64,000 nt of DNA from an uncultured virus (IMG/VR IMGVR_UViG_3300006201_000011) (IMGVR_UViG_3300006201_000011:1-64000), one strand, 5' to 3'; shown: positions 46,833-58,268, counted from the first letter of the stretch. Numbers and translations: made by a program. Notes: generated from the letters alone by a model not told the origin.

Positions 46833-47366
46833 GTGAATATCCTGGCCGTTGATCAGGCCAGACATGGTGCGTGGGCTGTTTTCGATTATGAAGAAAAGTC
46901 TCTGGTTGACTATGGGACGTGGGCTTTTGAGAGCAAAAATCATACATTTGAACAGGCAATTTTGCACATCGAGGCGTTGATAAATGAAGTGATACACACG
47001 CGCTGCATTGATGCGGTTTTCTTTGAGGACATTCAGTTGAGAAAGAATGTGCAATCTTTCAAGAAACTGGCACAGTTGCAGGGTGTACTCGTAAATCTGT
47101 GTGAGAAAAACGAATACCTTTATGGTCTTGTAGCACCAACGCAATGGCAAAATTTTTGTAAAGCACGAGGCAGAACTACCAAGGAAATCAAATCCAAGGT
47201 AAAAGAGGTGGAGCTTGAACCAAAGAAAAGTTCCAAAATTCTTTCTCTGCAATTTGTGCGGGAAAAGTTCGGAATCGAGACTGATAATGACAACCTTTCG
47301 GATGCAATCTGTATTGGTCACTATGTCGTAAACAATTTGGAAATATCAAAAGGAGAGAAAACATGA
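46833..47366 (+). CDS. RuvC-like Holliday junction resolvase
   Basis: ILAVDQ, VFFEDI, P.QWQ, DNLSDAICIG. Confidence 0.85.
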   Translation: MNILAVDQARHGAWAVFDYEEKSLVDYGTWAFESKNHTFEQAILHIEALINEVIHTRCIDAVFFEDIQLRKNVQSFKKLAQLQGVLVNLCEKNEYLYGLVAPTQWQNFCKARGRTTKEIKSKVKEVELEPKKSSKILSLQFVREKFGIETDNDNLSDAICIGHYVVNNLEISKGEKT

Positions 47367-48010
47367 GTGCAAACATGAAGAATCGTATTTGTGGTGAATT
47401 TGCCGAGGACTTTGAGGACATTCAGGATTTGATGGAGGATGTGCTTCCTGAACCTTCCTTGCTTGAATACTATCGTCGGCTGAAAAAGAGGGAAATTCTC
47501 TGGAACGACGAAATTGATGATGCCACAGTCGACATTGCGCTTTACATCCGAAAGTGGAATGCAGAGGATAGAGGCATTGAACCGAAGGATCGTCGGCCTA
47601 TCAAAATCCTTATCAATTCAGACGGCGGCAGTGTGGATACAGTGCTACACATCATTGATATGATCCACTTATCTAAAACCCCCGTTTATACCATTGGCAT
47701 GGGACGAGTTTATAGTGCTGGTGGCCTTTTGCTGATGGCCGGTCACAAACGGTATATCTTCCCTCATACCAGTTGTCTTATTCACGATGGATCTTCTGGT
47801 GCAATCGGCAGTATTGGCAAAATGTTGGATAACTTGGAATTTACCAAGGAGCTGGAGGTGCGGATGAAAGCGTATATCATTTCCAGCACTCACATTACGG
47901 AGGATGTTTATGACAAGAACTACCGGCGAGACTGGTTTATGTTCAGTGAAGAAATGATTAAGTTGGGAATCGCTGATGAGATTGTGACAGACATTGATAC
48001 CATTCTTTAA
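47363..48010 (+). CDS. clpP: ClpP-family protease
   Basis: PIKILINSDGGSV, YSAG (Ser), LIHDG (His), RDWFM, GIADEIV. Confidence 0.9.
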   Translation: MSANMKNRICGEFAEDFEDIQDLMEDVLPEPSLLEYYRRLKKREILWNDEIDDATVDIALYIRKWNAEDRGIEPKDRRPIKILINSDGGSVDTVLHIIDMIHLSKTPVYTIGMGRVYSAGGLLLMAGHKRYIFPHTSCLIHDGSSGAIGSIGKMLDNLEFTKELEVRMKAYIISSTHITEDVYDKNYRRDWFMFSEEMIKLGIADEIVTDIDTIL

Positions 48011-48022
48011 GGAGTGAAAAAT

Positions 48023-48748
48023 ATGGCGCGGAAAAATATTGGCGTGAGCATTCATGATGTTCCTATTACCCTTTCTGAACACCCGTTTTATGGGCTGAGG
48101 CTGGATGAACAGCAAAAGATTTTTCGGGATGCGATTTGGAGCAAGGAGAAACTGGTTGTTTTCTGTAACGCCAAGGCAGGTACAGGAAAAACACTTATTG
48201 CTACTGCCACGGCCAATCTTCTATATGAGTATGGCAGAAGCCAAGGCATTGTGTATATCGCTTCACCGACACAGGAACAAAAACAAGGTTTCCTAAAGGG
48301 AACTATCGAAGAAAAATCCGAACCGTATTTCGAGCCGTTTTATGAAGCGTTAGATAAGATAGGTGTGAATCGGAACACCGCATTTTATGACAGTTCTATC
48401 AACGAGAAGTACCAGAGCGCCTACATCGAATGTTTGACACACACTTTTCTGCGAGGCACGAACTTTGAGAACAAGGTAGTTATTGTAGATGAAGCCCAGA
48501 ATTTCTACTTTGATGAGTTAAAAAAAGTGCTAACACGTGTCCATGATAGCTGCAAAGTAATTGTTATCGGACATGACGGACAGAACGACCTTATTTCCAA
48601 TCCGGAGCGTTCTGGATTTGTGCCTTACATGGAGTGGTTTAACAATGATGAGCGGACGGCAGTTTGCCGTCTGGAAAAGAACTATCGTGGCTGGATCAGT
48701 CAACACGCGGATGATTTGACTTACAATCTGGCTATGAAAATGAACTGA
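48023..48748 (+). CDS. phoH: PhoH-family ATPase
   Basis: AKAGTGKT, GFLKG..EEK, FLRGTNF, IVDEAQN, KVLTR, IGHDGQND. Confidence 0.9.
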   Translation: MARKNIGVSIHDVPITLSEHPFYGLRLDEQQKIFRDAIWSKEKLVVFCNAKAGTGKTLIATATANLLYEYGRSQGIVYIASPTQEQKQGFLKGTIEEKSEPYFEPFYEALDKIGVNRNTAFYDSSINEKYQSAYIECLTHTFLRGTNFENKVVIVDEAQNFYFDELKKVLTRVHDSCKVIVIGHDGQNDLISNPERSGFVPYMEWFNNDERTAVCRLEKNYRGWISQHADDLTYNLAMKMN

Positions 48749-48760
48749 TTCTGGAGGATT

Positions 48761-49387
48761 ATGATAATGAAGAAAATCGCAGTGAATACTGTAAAAGCCT
48801 TTCTAAAAGAGCACAAGCGTGAAGACGCATATACCCAGACATTCACCATGGGAGACAGTTCTTTTGAAGTGGCCTTTCACACAGCGTTGACAGTAAGTGA
48901 GAAAACCACCTTTATCAATCGGGTGATTTCCGGTTGTTTTGATTCTACGGGCAAATTCCGGCCTGAGTATGTTTCCCCTATGCTGCGGGCCACAATTATG
49001 CAGATGTGTACGAACCTTCCGCCCCTGACTCTCAAAAACGAAACAGACGATGAGGGCGCTGCGGCATTGGATTTGAACGGCATGAACGAGCTGTATTTGG
49101 CTCTCAATCTGGATGCCGTGCAGAATGAGGGGTATCAGGCTATGTTGGGTGAAATGGTTGCCCTCTGTACTCAAGCTATCGACTGGAAGAAGGGCTGTAC
49201 TTTGAGTGGTAACACAACGGAGAACGCTCTGCGTGATTTGATTGTGGCTCTGACTACAAAGGTGGATAGTCTGAATGTGAGCGACCTGATGCAGTTTGCA
49301 GGTGATCTGTCTGTTGCGACAAAGGGGTTAGACGAGGGCGGCATTTTGCAAGGATTACTTAAACTCCACGAGGGGAAGAAAGAGTAA
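48761..49387 (+). CDS. hypothetical protein (possible tail chaperone)
   Basis: GGAGG RBS; upstream of the tape measure gene. Confidence 0.7.
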   Translation: MIMKKIAVNTVKAFLKEHKREDAYTQTFTMGDSSFEVAFHTALTVSEKTTFINRVISGCFDSTGKFRPEYVSPMLRATIMQMCTNLPPLTLKNETDDEGAAALDLNGMNELYLALNLDAVQNEGYQAMLGEMVALCTQAIDWKKGCTLSGNTTENALRDLIVALTTKVDSLNVSDLMQFAGDLSVATKGLDEGGILQGLLKLHEGKKE

Positions 49388-49404
49388 AAGAAGGAGGTGG
49401 CGGC

Positions 49405-49902
49405 ATGGGTACGACTATTCGTGAAGCTCTTGCGGCAGCGAACAAAAAATTGATGGGAAAGATTGACGATGCCATGAATAATGAAGTATTCAAAGAGATT
49501 CAAGACGAAGAAGCCGCCACCATTTACGAGGTTATCTATAAAGTCTATACGCCTCGAATGTATCGCAGACGCGGAGAATATGGCGGTATGGCTGACCCTT
49601 ATAACATTGAAATTGAGGGAGGAACATCCCGTGGTGGAGTTATGGCGGTAGTCAACTTAACCGATCCGAATCCGGGCGGCTGTATGAGCGAGGGACAGGT
49701 GACGACCGGGAAAAATCTTCCCGAACTAATCGAGTACGGGCATGGGTACAAGTTTTATCAATACGACTTTCCGAAACAAGGCGCGGCCTATATGGGGCCG
49801 CGTCCTTTTACTGCAAAAACGATTGAACACCTAAAAGCAAGTAAAGCACACATCACTGCTTTGAAAGCAGGATTACAAAGGCAGGGTGTCAAAGTGAAAT
49901 GA
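49405..49902 (+). CDS. HK97-gp10-like neck/tail completion protein
   Basis: Y.P..YRR, LIEYG, PRPF. Confidence 0.6.
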   Translation: MGTTIREALAAANKKLMGKIDDAMNNEVFKEIQDEEAATIYEVIYKVYTPRMYRRRGEYGGMADPYNIEIEGGTSRGGVMAVVNLTDPNPGGCMSEGQVTTGKNLPELIEYGHGYKFYQYDFPKQGAAYMGPRPFTAKTIEHLKASKAHITALKAGLQRQGVKVK

Positions 49903-49930
49903 TTTTTGAAATAAAGGGTGGTGAGAAAAG

Positions 49931-52900
49931 ATGGACGAAGATCTGAAGATTGTATTGACGAGCGAACTGGAGGCCGACGAACAGGCTTCCGCACAACGAA
50001 TTTCAGCGCAGCTTCCTAATATTGCGAAGATGATCAACTCGAAAAGCACTATCAAGGTTGGCGTTTCTCTGGATAGCTCTAACATTCAGTCTGAAGCCCA
50101 AAAAGTAAGTCGGCAGATCGCTCAGGCAACGAAAACACAAGGTATCGGCGTTACGTTGAATTTGGATCAAAGCTCTGTTGCAAAAATCCGGCAAGAGCTA
50201 AACAACTTGAAGGTCAGTCCTGATATTTCTCGCGCCATGACCGACCAGCTGGATAAGATGGGCATTCAGATTGATCGGATTACTGGGCGGTGGCAAGCAG
50301 TCAACGGTGAAGAGGAGCGAATGCTGAACCTGACTATTCAGGGCACAGATCAGATGCAGCGCACGGTCACTTATTTGCAGACCTACAACACTGAGACGGG
50401 CGAAATCAACACCCACTTGACCAATGTGACAGCCAATCTTGAACGCCAGCGGAATGTCCAGGAGCAAATTGCAAAGCAGGCGCAAAAGGATAATGAATCA
50501 CGAGTTTCATACTTAAATCGGCAGTTGTCTATTTTGGCCGATGTCCAGGCTGCTTATGCTGGTTCCACCTCTGTAAAGCCGATCAAGGATAGTTCACATT
50601 TGGAAACGCTGAATAATACCTATACTGCTCTTAATGCTCAAATTCAGAATATGATTTCTGCTGAGGGGCGTTTGGACAATGTGCAGCGTTCCAGCCTGGA
50701 GGCGCAGATTGCTAATCTGCAACGACTTGTAAAAGAGTATCAGAATGCGGAGTATGTAGCGACCAAGCTGAGGACAAAAGACATCGGTTCAATCAAGGGC
50801 GACCAGCTTTCCGGTTTGGAGGCTTTGGAAAAACGGCTGGAGGCTGCGGGAACGCTCACCGAGACATTTAAGACGAAAATCGACGGACTGAAGACCTCTT
50901 TGCAAAATGTTGGCACTAAAGATGAGCTTGTGACATTTCTTAACAGCTTTGACCAGCTGAATAACGATGTGTCTGTGTTTCAAGAGCGGCTACGTGGTGT
51001 CAATGCTATATACACTCAGTTGATTGGTTTGGATAAACAGATTACCTCTGTGCAAGCTCAAATGGTGAAGTTAGACCCCAAAGCCGATCAGAATAAGTTG
51101 GTTGCTTTGCAGGGGCAGCTTGCAGTCCTACAGAACCAGAGAACTACCTTGGAGGGACAACTGGTTCCTTATGTGGATATCGTTCAATACGCACAACAGG
51201 CGGCGGCTCTTGAACAGAGCCGCCTTTTGAATGGTTCTCAGCTGGTATATACCCAGATGGAAATTGCGGATAAGGCGAGAGAATACGATGCCGCTATGCA
51301 GCGCATTCCGAGCACTATCGCTGATTTGCAAACTAAATATAATCAGCTGGTGCAACCCACGGAGTCTGTTACTCGGAATATGAGACAGCTTCGGGAACTG
51401 GCGTCGCAATATAGCTCGAATATGGGCGATCGGGAAAAGGTTCAGACATATGAACGGCTGCAACAACTAATTGGAGCGTGCAGCAAAGAGATGTCTGAGC
51501 TGATGCGTGTCCAACGTGGCGAGGTCAACGATTTTAGATTCACTCAAAGTCTGGAAAAGGCAAAAGCGGATTTGGCAACCGTTGGAAGAACGTGGAGTGC
51601 CTTAAAAAAAGATCCTGGATTGAACGCACAGTTCCAGCAGTTGGAAGCAAATCTCAGACGAGTAAACAGCCAGGCAGATTTGACTAAGTGGACAGCACAA
51701 TTCAGTGCGTTTAAGTCTGAGGTTAAGGCGGCAGGGAAGAATATGCAATCCCTTGGCGATGTTCTGAAGAACAATGTCGGTAAGGTATTGCAGTGGGTTT
51801 CAGCTACAACGCTACTGTTCAGAGCCTTTCGTTTGCTGAGGTCTGCGATTTCAACGATTATCGACCTGGATACGGCTATGGTGGATTTGCGTAAGGTTAC
51901 AGTGGCAACAGAGGCGGAGTATCGCAATTTCTACGCTACTGCAAACGATACAGCAAAGGCACTTGGAGTAACGACAGAGGCGGTCATCTCTCAAACCGCT
52001 GAGTGGGCACGTTTGGGTTATACTATGGCCGAGGCCGCAGAGTTGTCTAAAAACTCTGCAATTTTTGCGGCAATTTCTCCTGGTATGGACATTACTCAGG
52101 CAACAGATGGTCTGGTCAGCGCCTTGAAAGCGTTTGATGAAATCGACGTAAACGATTCCTTGGACGGTATCATCTCTAAGGTTAATGATATTGGCAATAA
52201 ATTTGCTGTTTCCAATAAGGATATCGTAGAGGTTATGACCAGAAGCTCTTCAGCAATGAAAGCGGCGAATAATACTTTTGAGGAAACTGTGGCTCTGGCT
52301 ACTGCCGCTGTGGAGATTACAAGAGATGCCTCCAGTGTCGGTAATGCTCTGAAAACTGTGTCTATGCGTATTCGTGGGTATGACGAAGAACTTGAAGAGT
52401 ATTCAAACGATGTCGCTGAATTGACAGGGGATATTGCGGATCTTACCAAAGTTGCCAGCAATAATAACCAAGGTGTTAGACTGTTTGAAGTTGGCGATCC
52501 CGATACTTACCGTTCCACATATGACATTCTTCAAGATATCGCAACAATTTGGGATGAGCTGACAGATAAGAACAGGGCACAACTGCTGGAAGTTTTGTTC
52601 GGCAAACGGCAAGGCCAGATTGGTTCGGCTATTCTTTCCAATTTTGAGCAGGCTCAAAAAGCTATCGAAACAATGGAGAATAGTGCTGGTAGTGCAGAAC
52701 GCGAAATGGATAAGATTACCCAGTCTTTGGAATACAAGCTCAATACTCTACAACAGACCTGGGTTGGCGTTGCCCAAAATCTATTTCAGACCGATGATTT
52801 GAAATTGGTTGTTGACGGCCTGATTGCTGTTTCTAACGTGATTGACCGTTTAACACAGTCTCTTGGTTTGTTTGGATCTGGTGCTCTTATCACAACCATT

Positions 52901-55900
52901 GCACTGATTGCAAAGTTCAGATCGACGATGGGGTCTTTACAAACTACAGTATTGCCTGCTGTAAATGCAATTAAGGCATCTGGGGTAGCTATGGATGGTA
53001 GTGCGGCAAGCGTACAATTCTATGCTACGAAACTGATAGGGCTGGACAAGTCTCAACAGGCAGCTGCTATGAGCGCACTTGGACTAACTGCGGAGCAGAA
53101 GAAACAGATCACAACGATGTCTGCTCTAATTGTTTCTGCCCAAAGATATACAATCCAGGAGCTTGCCGAAAAAGCGTCTACGGATAAAGCGACCGCTTCA
53201 GCCCTTGCTAAAAATATGGCAAAGGCCACTGAAAAGAGAACAACGGAACAGCTTTCTGCCGCAATGATGGTGGAAATTCTAAATTCCAACAAATTGACCG
53301 CTACCCAAAAGCAGGCGATTATTGCATCTTTGGAACAAGCTGCGGCAAACGAAACCCAAGCATTTTCATGGAAAGTTGTCGGCGCAAATGCCAAGGCAGC
53401 GCTTGCAGCTATGGCGACTAATCCCATGACGTGGATTATGCTGGCGGTAACTGCGGTTATGGCATTGGTGCAGGCGTGGCAGAGCTATAAGCAGGCGCAA
53501 GAGGAAGCTCGTCAAGCGGCGATTGATGCTGCGAACTCGGCGGCTACACTCAGCGATGAAATTGTGGATTTGACAGGTCGCTACTTGGAGTTGAGCGAAG
53601 CTGTTAAAACAGATGATTCTGTCAAGGAAGATTTGCTTTCTACCCAAGACGAGCTTATTGACAAGCTCGGAATAGAAAAAGATCGAATCCAGGAGTTGAC
53701 CGAAGAGTACGGGAACCTTACGGACGCAATTAAAGCAGCCGCGATAGAATCTCTCCAAGCGTCTGAGCGCGATTTGCGTGGTGGTCTTAACGCTCAAAAA
53801 GATGAGCTTTTATCAACTGGGAAAGGCTCTGGCCCCGCCAACAAATCAATGAACCACATAATTACAACATGGGGAGCAGATGAAGCGGATATTAACCGGA
53901 AAGGGTTGCAAGCTCTGGTTGACGCTGGATACATTTCGGATGGCTCATTTGCTCCACGTGGTATGGAATTGTGGTTGCCCAGTGAGGATGATTTTGATCT
54001 TTCAACTGTTGAGGGAGTCATTAACGCCTATGAGCGGTTGGGTAAAATGCTGGATATTGTGTCTGAAACTGCTGGTTCGGATAACGAAGTCTACAATGCC
54101 CTATTTGATGCCTACAACAAATGCTCATCCGCAGTAAAGAGTTATCAGGACAGTATTTCGTCGTTGAACAACAATTTGGCTGAACAGTATATGTTGCAAG
54201 GCTTGATTGAAAATGAGATCCCGTCTACGGAAGATGAGTTCAACGACTATCGGCAGAGCGTGATAGCTGCGGCTGAGGAGAGCGGAGAATTTATTGGCTC
54301 AAGTCAAGATATTGCGAACGCTGTTGACTCTGTTCTGAAAAGCCAGTCGCATTTCGCGGCTTTCTATGCTGAGGATTTGGCTGGAGCCTCTGAGGAGACG
54401 GGTCGCTATATTGCACAGCTTCAAAAGTTGCCAGAGGTGCTTTCAAAACTGAAATCAGCTTATGATGTTTTGGAGGCGGCTCAAAAAGAGATGGCAGACG
54501 GCGGAGGGTTGTCTGCTGATACTATTGAAAAGCTGGCTTCTGCTGAGGACAATTATCTTGATTATCTCTATGAAGAAAATGGGGTTGTCAAGCTCAATAC
54601 TGAGGCATGGAAAGAAAACGCCAATGTTAAAATGCAGAATGAGATGGCCGAAATCCAAAAGGAAATCGACTCGTTGGAAGAGCAAAATGAGGCTTTACGT
54701 GAGAATATTGCTTATTATGAGGAGCAACGTCAGCTTGGTAGTGATGGCGGTCTATGGAGTAATTTGATTGCTAAGGCAACAAATGAAATCAATGAGAATA
54801 CCGACGCTATTGCTGCTAACCAAAATAAGCTGGCAATTTATGAGTCGTTGTATGGAAATATCACGGGAAGTCTGGATGCTTATAGTGCGGCACTAAACAA
54901 CTTTTCCAACGTAGCAAGCACCATTGATTCTGTCTCCGATTCGTTCCAAACCCTTGCAGAACTGCAGGCTGAGGTTGCAAATGGGTTCTCGCTGTCATTG
55001 GACAAGGCTTTGGAGTTCGCTAAGGTTTATCCTGAAATTCTCAACAATGCTCAAGTATCTGCTGATGGACAGGTTATTCTGAACGAGGGTGTTGTCAACT
55101 CGTTTATTCAAGGAAAAAAGGCCGAGTTGGACGCACAGATTGATGCAGAGGTTGCCAAGCTGGAAGCGGATAAGGCCGTGTTGGAAGCGAAGGTTCAAGC
55201 AGCGCAGGCACAACTTGATCTCGCCCAAAATGTAGGTGAGGGAGAGGGTCAGATTGCTAAAGAGCTGGCGGAGTATCGTATCAACGCTGGCAATATTGTA
55301 GCACAAGCTCTGATTGACGCAGGGATTGATGAAGCTACTGCATTTAAGCTGGCGGCGGCAGCTATGGCCCAGAACGCAGAAGAGTTTGATCGTGTTGCTA
55401 TGGAGGTCTGCACTGATGTAAACGGTAACTTTAATCAGGCCGCATATGCGGCAGCACAGGCTGTTTACAACAACATGACACAGGCGAAGCTGGATGTTGC
55501 TTCTTTTGCGAGACAATGCCAAGAAGCTGCTAAGGCTATGGCTGGAGTCGCTGGTGGTCAGGTTGCTGGATCAAGCGGTGTTCAGGGTGGCTCTGGTGGT
55601 GGTGTTGGCGGTAGTGGGATTTCTCTAAATCTAACAAGTGGGAGTTTCCAAGGTACTGATTATAACTATACTGCCAAGCAAACAAATCTGGACGATTTTA
55701 TTTCGCAGATTCAGCTTGATATCTCCAGCTACCAGAATGCGATTGCTCAGATTGATGGACAAATTGCCGCGCTTCGTGCGTTGAAAAATATCCCCTTGAA
55801 AGATTTTAAGGGTGGATTAGGCTCTGGTGGCGGTGGAGGCTCAGGTGGTGGATCTTCTAAGGAAGTTGAAGAGTATATTGCTGACATTGACGCATACCGT

Positions 55901-58150
55901 GAAGCAATCGAGCGTCTGCGCAAGGCTCAAGAAGTCAGATCTAATATTGAGACGAGAATCGACGAGTCTGATAATCTGAAAGAGAAGATCCTATTGGAAC
56001 GACAGTTGATTGGCGCTTACGAGCGTGAACAAGATGCTCTACACAATCTAAACAACCAGAGGGATAGCACAATCACAGCTGGCGTTGCAGCGCTCCGTGA
56101 GTTGGGCTTTGTTGTGAAGTACAATGCAGATACCAATGAACTCTGGATTGAGAATATGGAGCGTCTCAATGATCTGACAGCCGACAGCAAGGGAGAATAC
56201 GATACCTTGCAAGAGGCGACAAACGCTCTTCGCAAGGAAACGGAAGATTTAATCGGTTCGCTGACCGATCTAAACGAAGAAAATCGGGATGCTTCTGCTA
56301 ACTGGTGGGAGTTGCAGCACAGTATGAAAGATTCCCGTGAAGAGATTCTTTCTTTGCTTGACGCTATTGTGGAAGAGGCATCTAAGGCGGTTGATTCTAT
56401 CCAAGACGTTTACGACACCCTACATGATGCCGCCGATGAGTATGCGGAAAGTGGATACATTACAGTTGATACTTTGCAGAACATTATCGGATTAGGTGTG
56501 AAGTATGTGGCGTATCTTATGGATGAAAACGGCCAGCTGGTCATCAATGAGGAGCGCATTCGTGATGTGATTGCGGCAAAGACACAGCAACTTGCAATCG
56601 AGAGTTCTTTGTCTTACATTGAGGCTTTGCGTATCGCGAAAATGGAGGGGAATATCGAAACCCTTAACAATTTGCTGTATGCTACCGAGGAAGCGACTGA
56701 CGCTACATGGGGCTTCGTGTATGCAAGTTTGGCTATGGCAGGGCTGGATCAAGATCAGTATAAAGCAGCGCTGGACAACATCAATGCTATTCGTGCATTG
56801 GCTGACAGCGCTGTACAAAGCATTGGGCAAACTGCTGGCGGCGTGACTGACGAGCTGAAAAAGATGCAGTCTGGGCTTGACGATATCTTAAAGTACGTTA
56901 TGGATATGTTGAAACAACGAATCAACGATCAGATTGACGCACTGGAAGATATGAAAGACGCTTACTCTGAAATCATCGACCAGAAAAAAGAGTCGCTGGA
57001 TGCTACGAAGGATGAGGCCGACTACGAAAAAAAGCGTGCTAACAAGCTGAAAGAAATTGCTAAATTACAAGCTCGTATTGATGCGCTTAGTTTGGATGAC
57101 AGTCGAGAGGCGCAGGCGGAACGGGCCAAGCTATTGGAGGAGATGGCTGAGTTACAGGAAGACTTGGCAGACGAACAGGCAGATAAGGCTTTAGATGCTA
57201 CCAAAAACGCTTTGGATGATATGGAAGACGCCTATCATCAAGAAAAGGATAAAGAAATTGCAATTCTGGAAGATAGCATTTCCTCTTATCAAAAACTTTA
57301 TGACATGGCGATCGACTATATTCAGAACCACTGGGATACACTGTATTCCGAACTGATTGATTGGAACACGCAATATGGAAGTGTGCTGAACAGTGAGATA
57401 ACTACTGCGTGGGATAACGCTCTGGCAGCGGCACAACGGTATGGGAGCTATGTGTCTGCCCTCAAAAATATTGGTGCTGATATGGATGCTGCGGGTGCTA
57501 CAGGTAAAGAGCCGAACACCGTTGTTGGAAATACGAATTATGGCAACCAGTCTTCAAATGATGAAATGATTCATGCCATTATTAAGCAAATGTACGCAAA
57601 TAGCCAGGAGCATCATACGGCCAGTGACGCTCGCAAGAAAGAACTAAGCGATTATAGCTTGCGGCTTGGTGAACAACTGGCGCAGTACGGTGTCTACACT
57701 CATCGGGACAATGGAACCTGGTATATGGATGGGTCGAAAGAGCTTCTGTTCGATAAATATAAGAAGTACATTTACCATACGGGTGGTTTTGCTGGCGTGG
57801 ATGGATCAGTCAAAGACAATGAGATTATGGCAAAATTGGAAAAAGGCGAACCGGTATTGACAGAAGCGATGTGGAATACAGTAACTGAGATGGTGAATCG
57901 AATGAGTAAGCTGTCCGCCGCATTTAGCGATATGCCTGGGTATGTTAATGCTCCTATTTTGCCCGAGTTGTCAAAGGTCAGCGCTGGTGCTGTGAGCAAT
58001 GTGTATAACAATAGTTCTCAGCCTGTGGAAATTCATATTGGCGATACCATTATTCAAGGCAACGCAAGTCCTGAAACGGTGAACGGTCATGTCAAAGTTA
58101 CTCGTGATATGGTCAACCAAATTGCACGGATTCTGAAAATCAGGATCTAA
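49931..58150 (+). CDS. Tail tape measure protein (2739 aa)
   Basis: Very long helical ORF with TMP core (LDTAMVDLRKV...WARLG...VGNALKTVSMRIRG) and C-terminal YHTGG. Confidence 0.95.
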   Translation: MDEDLKIVLTSELEADEQASAQRISAQLPNIAKMINSKSTIKVGVSLDSSNIQSEAQKVSRQIAQATKTQGIGVTLNLDQSSVAKIRQELNNLKVSPDISRAMTDQLDKMGIQIDRITGRWQAVNGEEERMLNLTIQGTDQMQRTVTYLQTYNTETGEINTHLTNVTANLERQRNVQEQIAKQAQKDNESRVSYLNRQLSILADVQAAYAGSTSVKPIKDSSHLETLNNTYTALNAQIQNMISAEGRLDNVQRSSLEAQIANLQRLVKEYQNAEYVATKLRTKDIGSIKGDQLSGLEALEKRLEAAGTLTETFKTKIDGLKTSLQNVGTKDELVTFLNSFDQLNNDVSVFQERLRGVNAIYTQLIGLDKQITSVQAQMVKLDPKADQNKLVALQGQLAVLQNQRTTLEGQLVPYVDIVQYAQQAAALEQSRLLNGSQLVYTQMEIADKAREYDAAMQRIPSTIADLQTKYNQLVQPTESVTRNMRQLRELASQYSSNMGDREKVQTYERLQQLIGACSKEMSELMRVQRGEVNDFRFTQSLEKAKADLATVGRTWSALKKDPGLNAQFQQLEANLRRVNSQADLTKWTAQFSAFKSEVKAAGKNMQSLGDVLKNNVGKVLQWVSATTLLFRAFRLLRSAISTIIDLDTAMVDLRKVTVATEAEYRNFYATANDTAKALGVTTEAVISQTAEWARLGYTMAEAAELSKNSAIFAAISPGMDITQATDGLVSALKAFDEIDVNDSLDGIISKVNDIGNKFAVSNKDIVEVMTRSSSAMKAANNTFEETVALATAAVEITRDASSVGNALKTVSMRIRGYDEELEEYSNDVAELTGDIADLTKVASNNNQGVRLFEVGDPDTYRSTYDILQDIATIWDELTDKNRAQLLEVLFGKRQGQIGSAILSNFEQAQKAIETMENSAGSAEREMDKITQSLEYKLNTLQQTWVGVAQNLFQTDDLKLVVDGLIAVSNVIDRLTQSLGLFGSGALITTIALIAKFRSTMGSLQTTVLPAVNAIKASGVAMDGSAASVQFYATKLIGLDKSQQAAAMSALGLTAEQKKQITTMSALIVSAQRYTIQELAEKASTDKATASALAKNMAKATEKRTTEQLSAAMMVEILNSNKLTATQKQAIIASLEQAAANETQAFSWKVVGANAKAALAAMATNPMTWIMLAVTAVMALVQAWQSYKQAQEEARQAAIDAANSAATLSDEIVDLTGRYLELSEAVKTDDSVKEDLLSTQDELIDKLGIEKDRIQELTEEYGNLTDAIKAAAIESLQASERDLRGGLNAQKDELLSTGKGSGPANKSMNHIITTWGADEADINRKGLQALVDAGYISDGSFAPRGMELWLPSEDDFDLSTVEGVINAYERLGKMLDIVSETAGSDNEVYNALFDAYNKCSSAVKSYQDSISSLNNNLAEQYMLQGLIENEIPSTEDEFNDYRQSVIAAAEESGEFIGSSQDIANAVDSVLKSQSHFAAFYAEDLAGASEETGRYIAQLQKLPEVLSKLKSAYDVLEAAQKEMADGGGLSADTIEKLASAEDNYLDYLYEENGVVKLNTEAWKENANVKMQNEMAEIQKEIDSLEEQNEALRENIAYYEEQRQLGSDGGLWSNLIAKATNEINENTDAIAANQNKLAIYESLYGNITGSLDAYSAALNNFSNVASTIDSVSDSFQTLAELQAEVANGFSLSLDKALEFAKVYPEILNNAQVSADGQVILNEGVVNSFIQGKKAELDAQIDAEVAKLEADKAVLEAKVQAAQAQLDLAQNVGEGEGQIAKELAEYRINAGNIVAQALIDAGIDEATAFKLAAAAMAQNAEEFDRVAMEVCTDVNGNFNQAAYAAAQAVYNNMTQAKLDVASFARQCQEAAKAMAGVAGGQVAGSSGVQGGSGGGVGGSGISLNLTSGSFQGTDYNYTAKQTNLDDFISQIQLDISSYQNAIAQIDGQIAALRALKNIPLKDFKGGLGSGGGGGSGGGSSKEVEEYIADIDAYREAIERLRKAQEVRSNIETRIDESDNLKEKILLERQLIGAYEREQDALHNLNNQRDSTITAGVAALRELGFVVKYNADTNELWIENMERLNDLTADSKGEYDTLQEATNALRKETEDLIGSLTDLNEENRDASANWWELQHSMKDSREEILSLLDAIVEEASKAVDSIQDVYDTLHDAADEYAESGYITVDTLQNIIGLGVKYVAYLMDENGQLVINEERIRDVIAAKTQQLAIESSLSYIEALRIAKMEGNIETLNNLLYATEEATDATWGFVYASLAMAGLDQDQYKAALDNINAIRALADSAVQSIGQTAGGVTDELKKMQSGLDDILKYVMDMLKQRINDQIDALEDMKDAYSEIIDQKKESLDATKDEADYEKKRANKLKEIAKLQARIDALSLDDSREAQAERAKLLEEMAELQEDLADEQADKALDATKNALDDMEDAYHQEKDKEIAILEDSISSYQKLYDMAIDYIQNHWDTLYSELIDWNTQYGSVLNSEITTAWDNALAAAQRYGSYVSALKNIGADMDAAGATGKEPNTVVGNTNYGNQSSNDEMIHAIIKQMYANSQEHHTASDARKKELSDYSLRLGEQLAQYGVYTHRDNGTWYMDGSKELLFDKYKKYIYHTGGFAGVDGSVKDNEIMAKLEKGEPVLTEAMWNTVTEMVNRMSKLSAAFSDMPGYVNAPILPELSKVSAGAVSNVYNNSSQPVEIHIGDTIIQGNASPETVNGHVKVTRDMVNQIARILKIRI

Positions 58151-58159
58151 ATTAGTCAG

Positions 58160-58188
58160 GGTGGGGAGATTTTCTTCCCACCCATTTT
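58160..58188 (+). terminator. Intrinsic terminator after the tape measure gene
   Basis: GGGTGGGGAGA-TTT-TCTTCCCACCC-ATTTT. Confidence 0.65.
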
Positions 58189-58268
58189 AGGCTGACGAAG
58201 CCGCCCAGACGGTGACATGTCTGGTATGCCCGCCTGTCAAGTGGGTTTGATGAGAGGAGGTGTGGCGG

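Noticed and set aside
55560..55860. GGTGGC/GGCTCT repeats in the tape measure gene
   Set aside because: They encode ordinary Gly/Ser linkers.
58190..58255. Hammerhead ribozyme (CTGACGA) after the tape measure gene
   Set aside because: No GAAA core segment or compatible stems; CTGACGA sits in a small hairpin.
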